Of a DNA stretch of 64,000 nucleotides, positions 63,135-64,000 are shown piece after piece (positions within the stretch are counted from its first letter, which is position 1; every line of letters begins with the position of its first letter). The stretch comes from Schmidtea nova (taxonomy: Eukaryota): contig CM097884.1 of assembly GCA_044892505.1 (NCBI GenBank), forward strand, positions 80,476,001 through 80,540,000, written 5' to 3'. Both the position numbers and the translations under genes were made by a program. Under the pieces are notes generated by a model. That model did no database searches. It had not been told where the DNA came from and was given only the letters and a program-made list of their open reading frames with translations.

Positions 63135-64000
63135 TTTGTTTCTTCATCATTAATAGATGTTTAAACTTTTTTCCTATTATAAGAAGTTAATAATGTTTTT
63201 ATTGATCATTTTTTGTATTTAATTTTAGTGAAATCTACCTACGCTATTAGGTTACTTTGTTACCTCTGTTTTTTATAATTCATAAGTTATTTTTTTTATT
63301 TTACATATTATTTGATTACAAATACATGTATCTTAGACTTGTTATTTGTACTGATATAATCAGGTAAATCTGATATATCCTTGAATAGCTTTCTTATATA
63401 TATATATATATATATATTTGTGACCTGCAGTCTAAAGCATGTGATAATTAGACGAAATTAGAGATATTTATAACAAGAAATACCGTCAATTGTATTGATA
63501 TAATTTACAGCAATTGTTTAGGTTCGAATTTCACAAATATTAGCCTTTTATTGTAATTATAAAATTAGAAGTTTAGTTTTACTTGAGTATGACGCTCTCA
63601 TATCAGATTCAAAAAAGAAACATCTAATTGGATTTTGGGAAAAACAATAAAACACTGACCACTAAAAAATTAAAGAAATAAATAATACGAATATTTTTTA
63701 AATACGGAAGCTTTTCGGGGAATATAATGATACTGGACAATAAACCAAAATAGAGAATGAATTGTCAGACTGATTTCAACTTGTTAAGGATAATTCAATT
63801 CAAATAACTGAGAGTCACTAAGCATTCATTTTTACTCTCACTGTATTAACTTCGCTGATGTTTTTATGTGCCACACAATATTTGTGAGGCCAAATTAACC
63901 CACTTTCCATGATAAGATTTAACTGAAATATGTCAAGTAGATTTTTTGTCGAGAACACTGCATGCTATCAAAATTTCAAATCAATCCGATCACGGAAAGT

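Overview
AT-rich eukaryotic scaffold segment with five N-gaps (4932-5253, 6951-7430, 21028-21271, 23858-24100, 62772-63108) and no prokaryotic features (no operons, rRNA, tRNA or CRISPR seen). The organism cannot be named from the sequence; the only host-like genes appear to have very short introns (33-67 nt). The window is mostly a transposon graveyard. It holds several hAT transposases (two elements with TIRs and 8-bp TSDs), pogo/Tigger, Tc1 DD34E, mariner DD34D (one nearly intact), piggyBac (one with TTAA TSD and a nested hAT), a non-autonomous Helitron, Ty3/Gypsy remnants, and two Polinton/Maverick remnants (integrase + small conserved protein + packaging ATPase at 12.7-14.9 kb; pPolB C-terminus at 46.5-47.3 kb). 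Top second-look items: (1) a multi-copy asymmetric foldback element whose two arms evolve together; (2) a decayed TBP-fold gene beside the Polinton ATPase; (3) Penelope-type repeats carrying minimal hammerhead ribozymes; (4) an LTR-like GC-richer island with two intact orphan ORFs; (5) a 1.2-kb 9-bp minisatellite that appears to have grown from the Ile-Gly-Cys codons of a dead hAT transposase. All family calls rest on motifs I recognised by eye, not on database searches.
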